Assembly: GCF_009914755.1 (NCBI RefSeq)
Contig: NC_060929.1
Direction: 5' to 3' (one strand)
Source: the human T2T-CHM13v2.0 reference genome, Homo sapiens
Length of the DNA stretch: 64,000 nucleotides
Under the pieces are notes generated by a model. That model saw only the letters and a list, made by a program, of their open reading frames with translations. It was not told where the DNA came from and did no database searches. Of the stretch, positions 61,620 to 64,000 are shown one piece after another; position 1 is the first letter of the stretch; the number at the start of each line of letters is the position of its first letter. A program made the position numbers and the translations under genes.

Positions 61620-63050
61620 ATTTTGCTAATTAAAGAAAGAATACCTTATCCCATCTCTCTCCATCTAGTCCTTTGTAGAGGCAACCACTTTAAATTCTTA
61701 GCTCTTTCTTTGGGTCATTTATATTTCTAAAGAATATACTGTTACAATTTGTTAACCCTAGACCTTACATATTGAATTATATTATGATCTGTTGACTTTT
61801 TTATGATAGGTAAGGACTTGGCTCTCATGTCCTTCCCCTCTCCTCCCAATATGGATATATTTAATGAGAATTTATATAATATAAAACAACTATGTAAATA
61901 TTGTTTAATCAGAGCCAACACTTAGTGTACTATAAATACATGTTCCTGTATATGATGTTTTCTTGTGTACTTTAATTCCTTTGGAATGTTCTTTTATATC
62001 ATTCGCTCTTTGGAGTCTTCCCCCACCCTCTTCCTCTATCCCAGCCCCTCCTCCCCATTAGTTTTGTATCAATGTGGATTCGTTTTCCAGGGCTGCTGCA
62101 AAGTTGTTCCAGACTTTTCCTTCCCCATTTCTGGCTGGATCCAGAGTCCATCTCTGGCATCCATACTTTTGTCCTTTTAGCTTAAAATTCTCGGTTTGCT
62201 TGAGCATATCCTGCCATAACTTCCTAAGAATAGGTGCATGGGGACAAAGTTTTCGAATTATTGGATGTCTGAAAACGTCTTTAGTCTCATGATTGATAGC
62301 CGGGTCTAGAATTCTAAGTTGAAAAGTTTCCCTTTGAAAGCTTCTCATAGTCTCCTAGCCTGTGCTGTTGCTGTTAAGTGGACTGATACAATTATGATTT
62401 TTGTTCTTTTGTATACGATCTGTGTTTCCCCTCTCTAGAAGACTTTAGGATATTTTTTGTATTTCTGGTATTCTAAAATTTCATAGCGATGTCCCTTAAT
62501 GTGAATCTTTTTTAAAAAACTCATTTTGCAGCTGGGCACCATGGCTCACACCTGTTATCCTAGCCCTTTGTGAGGCTGAGGTGGGAGGATTGCTTGAAGC
62601 CAAGAGTTCAAAACCAGCCTGGACAACAAAGCAAGATCCCATCTCTATTGTTTTAATAAAATTAATAAAATTCATTTTGCAGGGTGTGTTGTAGGCTTAT
62701 TTAATCTGTGTCCTTAGCTCTGGAGAATTTTCTTTACTAACTAACTTTCTCCCCTTTAGTTTATTTGTCCTCTTAAATCTGTAGATACTGTTCCTTTTAG
62801 ACTAATTTTCTCAGCTATGTTTTTTGCTCTTCCCTGCCCCCTTTCCTTTTTGGCTCTGTCTTCTTTGAGAGGAGTTTTCCTACATTATCTTATCTTTTAA
62901 CTCTAATATTAAATAATTCATTACAACTATATATTTTAAATTTTGAAGGTTTTTTCTTGTTCTCTGATTGCTCCCTTCATATAGCAACTTTTATTTTATG
63001 AATAAATATACCACCTTCTCATATCATCTATTTGTTAGATTAGAAAGTAG
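61620..63050 (-). mobile_element. Old L1ME-type antisense fragments with an Alu monomer at about 62529-62660
   Basis: gtctgaaaacgtcttta...tagaattctaagttgaaa...gtattctaaaatttcatagcgatgtccc. Confidence 0.6.
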
Positions 63051-63056
63051 AATTTT

Positions 63057-63362
63057 CAGCTGGGTGTGGTGGCTCACACCCGTAATCCCAGCACTTTGGG
63101 AGGCCAAGGTGGGTGGATCATGAGGTTAGGAGATCGAGACCATCCTGGCCAACATGGTGAAACCCCGTCTCTACTAAAATACAAAAAATTGGCCGGGTGC
63201 GGTGGTGCACGCCTGTAGTCCCAGCTACTCAGGAGGCTGAGGCAGGGGAATTGCTTGAACCTGGGATGCAGAGGTTTCAGTGAGCTGAGATTGCACCACT
63301 GCACTCCAGCCTGGTGACAGAGCAAGACTCCATCTCAAAAAAGAAAGAAAGAAAGAAAGAAA
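63057..63362 (+). mobile_element. AluSc-like with (GAAA)n tail
   Basis: Full Alu; TSD agaaagtagaatt. Confidence 0.9.
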
Positions 63363-63794
63363 GTAGAATTCTCACTTGCCATCTGGGGGCCTGAGCTCAA
63401 GTCACAGCCAACATAGCATGTGTTCAGGATTAAGTAGGCCGAGAAATCACATGCCATATTCCTTAGAGATCTGATTCAAATTATAAACTGCAGCCAGATA
63501 GATGGAGGTAACATTAACAGCTTTATTGTCAGTAGAGCCAGAATACAGAACACATTGTAACCTGGACCTGCAATCACAATCAAGCTTGCTGCCTTCTTCC
63601 CGGAATCTAGACCTTGCAATGCATCTGCTGGGTCGAGTATTTGGCAAGGCAGATACTTACTTATCTATTTAGGCAGCCTACCAAAAGAAAAATTGCTTAC
63701 CCCTCACTTGTCAAGCCTCAAGTGTTGGGAAAGAATAGTGTCACATGCAATTGGTTTTTAATACAGGTATTGCACTCACTTAAGAAATGGAAAC

Positions 63795-64000
63795 AGGCTG
63801 GGCACGGTGGCTCACACCTGCAATCCCAGCACTTTGGGAGGCTGAGATGGGAGGATTGCTTGAGCCAAGGAGTTAGAGACCAGCTGAGGCAACATAGTGA
63901 AACCCCTATCAATCACTACAAAAAAAACAAAAAACAAAAATTAGCCAGGCATGGTGGTGTTTACCTGTGGTCCCAGCTACTCAGGAGGCCAAGGCAGGAG
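63795..64000 (+). mobile_element. AluJ, runs off the window end
   Basis: Alu left arm and start of right arm. Confidence 0.9.

Overview
Primate, almost certainly human, genomic DNA carrying the 3' half of NIPBL (delangin/Scc2, cohesin loader, Cornelia de Lange syndrome gene) on the + strand. I can trace 26 coding exons (22-47 in the standard numbering). All have GT-AG boundaries and splice into one uninterrupted frame ending at TAA 52724-52726 (isoform A). Read-through of the exon 46 donor gives the shorter isoform B (stop 51855-51857). About 1.5 kb of 3' UTR and about 10 kb of repeat-rich downstream DNA follow. The introns hold an antisense SVA, about 40 Alus, and old L1/L2/MIR and hAT/Tigger relics. 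Nearly all non-NIPBL ORFs in the track are repeat-derived or chance ORFs. The most interesting region is the 3' end: a CpG-rich, TTAA-flanked, piggyBac-like hairpin lies between the isoform B poly(A) signal and the exon 47 acceptor, exon 46 has a second fully open frame, and exon 47 encodes a compact domain-like module. Other notable points: a (TA)n tract in the exon 33 acceptor with a twin downstream, two local duplications, latent Alu pseudo-exons, and a probable SVA 3' transduction. Exon numbers and c. positions come from recall and were checked for arithmetic consistency. Repeat boundaries and subfamilies are by eye and approximate.
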